Assembly: GCF_018977255.1 (NCBI RefSeq)
Contig: NW_024704742.1
Location: forward strand, 23,066,001 to 23,130,000
DNA from: Callorhinchus milii
Lineage: Eukaryota
DNA length: 64,000 nt
Direction: 5' to 3'
Positions within the stretch are counted from its first letter, which is position 1, and each line of letters begins with the position of its first letter. Shown in pieces: positions 61,278 to 64,000 of this stretch. The notes under the pieces are model-generated. The model did no database searches, was not told the DNA's origin, and was given only the letters and a program-made list of their open reading frames with translations. A program made the position numbers and the translations under genes.

Positions 61278-64000
61278 ACAGGAACAATGGTACTGGAAGG
61301 TTCCAACATACCTTCTGCAGAGGATTAGTGAATGGAAGAAAGTCAGACAAGTAAAATTAGTAAGAAGTAAAATGTTTTCTTTAATAATAATCCTTGCAGT
61401 TGCATGTTTTTTCTATTGTTATATGTAGCGAAAGATCTTTGTTCTACATCTAAGTATTAGAACCATAGAAAACATAGACATTTACGATAAAGAAGAAAAC
61501 ATTGTGTCTTTGCTGGCTCTTTTGAAGAGCAATTCTTCCAGTCCCATTTACCTGACTTTTCCCCATCCCCTTGGAGTTTATTCCTTTTTTAGATATCTAA
61601 TTAGTTTCCTTTTGAAAGCCAATGTGGATAATTAATTTGACAATACTACTTTCGGAGTCTGTACAAACTAAATGCTGGTGTTACTAACGACACAAAGACT
61701 TTGATCTAAACATACAGTGAATGATTTTCGGTTATCAAGAGAATGAGATGCGCTTGGTTGCCAAGGTTGGTAAATTTACAGGTGATTAGAGAATCAACGA
61801 TCGGATGATCAGAGGGTCTTACCAAAGCGTTACACAGCAAGCTTTGTGCATCCATTTACATCACAGCTCTAATGATAAGAATTACTTCTACAGTCAGCAA
61901 TTAGCTCAAAGGCATCTGGCTCATTGTGCTGATCGCTGACATCAGTGCCAGGAAGCATAGCTTCTTTCATTGTGTCATTGAATGCCTCTATTTTCACTGC
62001 AAAATAAAATATGGTAATATAAAAGGCTGCAATCTTACCCCATTCATTGCAACTCGTCAGACCTCATTATTACAACCTCAATCGTTTAGATGCTTCTTGG
62101 AATTCGAGCTTCTCAACCATCCTCAATGGAAGTTCACTGAGACAGGGGAAGATGTTTGTTGTAACAAGAAACTTGTCATAACAAAGTATATTGTAACAAG
62201 GTTTGAGAGTGCTGGGAAGATGATATGATCATTTCGAGTAAGTCTAGTTACAATAATGCAATAAGCATTGACTGTGATTCTGGTATGTAAAGTCACGGGT
62301 CCTGTAATAATAATAATAATTCTTACATTTGATATAGCGCCTTATCACATCTTCGAGACATCTCAAAGCGCTTCACAGAATATACTGTAAAGTGAATTGA
62401 CTGTGTATTTTGTGTCCGATATGCGGGAGCCAATTGCGCACAGCTGTGTGGGTGGAATAATGGAAATAACTTTATTAACTTGTCATACTTCATCTCAAAC
62501 TATATTTTAAATTAATTAATTTGGCAAGTGACATCCCACGATGGGATATATATACAACAATAACCATGTTTGAATAACTTAGGCCTGCTTACTTGACCAA
62601 TGATTTGTGACCTCTGTACACTGCCAAAAAACCCAGAAAACTCAAGGATATTTTATTATATTATCATCTGACTGAGAAATATATTCAGAAATCATTTGGA
62701 AAATAACTGGACAACTGTCAGAGATACAAAGAGAAGGAAGGGGTTGGATTAATGGGCATCTGTTCTGGGCATCTTTGTACATATTTGGGAGACTATGGTG
62801 TGACAACTGTAGCAGGTGGTCAGATTCTTGTGAAACTATAAATATGCTTACTATTTTTGAAATATAAGAAATACTAAAGCAACAGGAATAGATGTTTAGT
62901 TGATATTCATGATGACCAAGAGCTAGGCCAAATACCTTAGCCACACCTTCTATACCAAAGCCAGGAAAATATTCATTCTGGAAAGTCTAGGTACAGAAGA
63001 TCAGGAACTCAATTTCATTCACAAATTGAATGTATGAAGAAGTTAGTTTAGAGAAAGGTGTCATGGAAAGTCATATTACATTTTTCACACTCTACAGTGA
63101 ATAGGAGGAAGTTGAGAGACATCTGTTCATTGAGGTAGAAGATTCAATTGTTTTGCAAAAGCCTTTCATCAGCACTAAGGATGATTTGAGTAAAAATATG
63201 AAAGGCTAATAATAATCCTTGCATCCGATATAACGCCTCTCACATTCGATAAATCATTTCTATTGAAAGGACTTCACAAGCTTGTTCCCTGTGTTAGCTC
63301 CTCGACTGATACTCCAACGCAGTGTTGCGTGAGCACTTCACTGTCAACGGTGCCATCCTTCAGATAAAATGTTAAACAAAAGTCCTATCTGCCTGTTCAG
63401 ATTTACGTAAGAACCTATGACACTATTCGAAAAGAGAACAGTTTACTTTTGGAATCCTGGCCAACAATCCTCCAGTTAAATTGAATCTTGTCTCCGCTGT
63501 GTGTAACATTGCTTCACTCCCCTGTGTGTAACAATCCTGTGTGTAGATTGGCTGCCATGTTTGCCTACAAATAGTTACCATACTGTATAGAAAACGTTCC
63601 GTGAAGTGCTTTGAAATGGTTTGATATTGCAATATCTTTTATCAAATGCAAAGATTGTTATTGTCATAATTATACCCTGCCTCTATCTTATTGTAAATGG
63701 TCTTTAGGATCTAACGGGTTAGTGGGTTGGAATATTTTTAGCAAATTAAAATACTGCTCTTCATCCATCAACAGTTCATGTCACAAGGTTCTATGGTTCT
63801 TTTTGTAATCAAGTAAATGGCTTCATTGGAAGACCAAACTCTGATACTTATACATTGGGTCGAATAACTTTCTACTGTCTCCTAAATTTCTAAAGTTCTA
63901 TGGTGGTGCTAGGATCAGGTCTGTTTTTTAAGGTCTCCACACCTCCCAACAGCTCTTCCAGCCTACATGCAGATGGATCTCTGCTACAGACTGTTGGGTC

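Overview
Repeat-rich vertebrate genomic DNA, most likely from a cartilaginous fish (possibly a chimaera). This is inferred from the repeat content: tRNA-Ala-derived SINEs with an L2-type tail, Deu-domain SINEs, CR1 and L2 LINE fragments, and shark-type Penelope repeats. Most of the window (about 54.5 kb down to about 1 kb) is one multi-exon gene on the minus strand, which I could not name. It has a candidate non-coding first exon and promoter at about 54.4-54.55 kb, an ATG exon at 53.5 kb and two exons at 44.1-44.5 kb. Eight phase-consistent, stop-free exons follow between 18.9 and 4.4 kb. The reconstructed frame is broken at several points: a TAA at an A7 run, a possible shift at a G7 run, and exon-like segments with stops. 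The gene is therefore decaying, truncated, or affected by assembly errors. RFX X-box motifs hint at a ciliary or testis gene. Other points of note are four Penelope-type repeats (three with a minimal hammerhead ribozyme core, one scrambled), inverted SINE pairs around exons, two repeat-free blocks that look like decayed coding sequence of unknown origin, and several old local duplications. No prokaryote-type system (CRISPR, operon) is present, and nothing here is a demonstrated new system.
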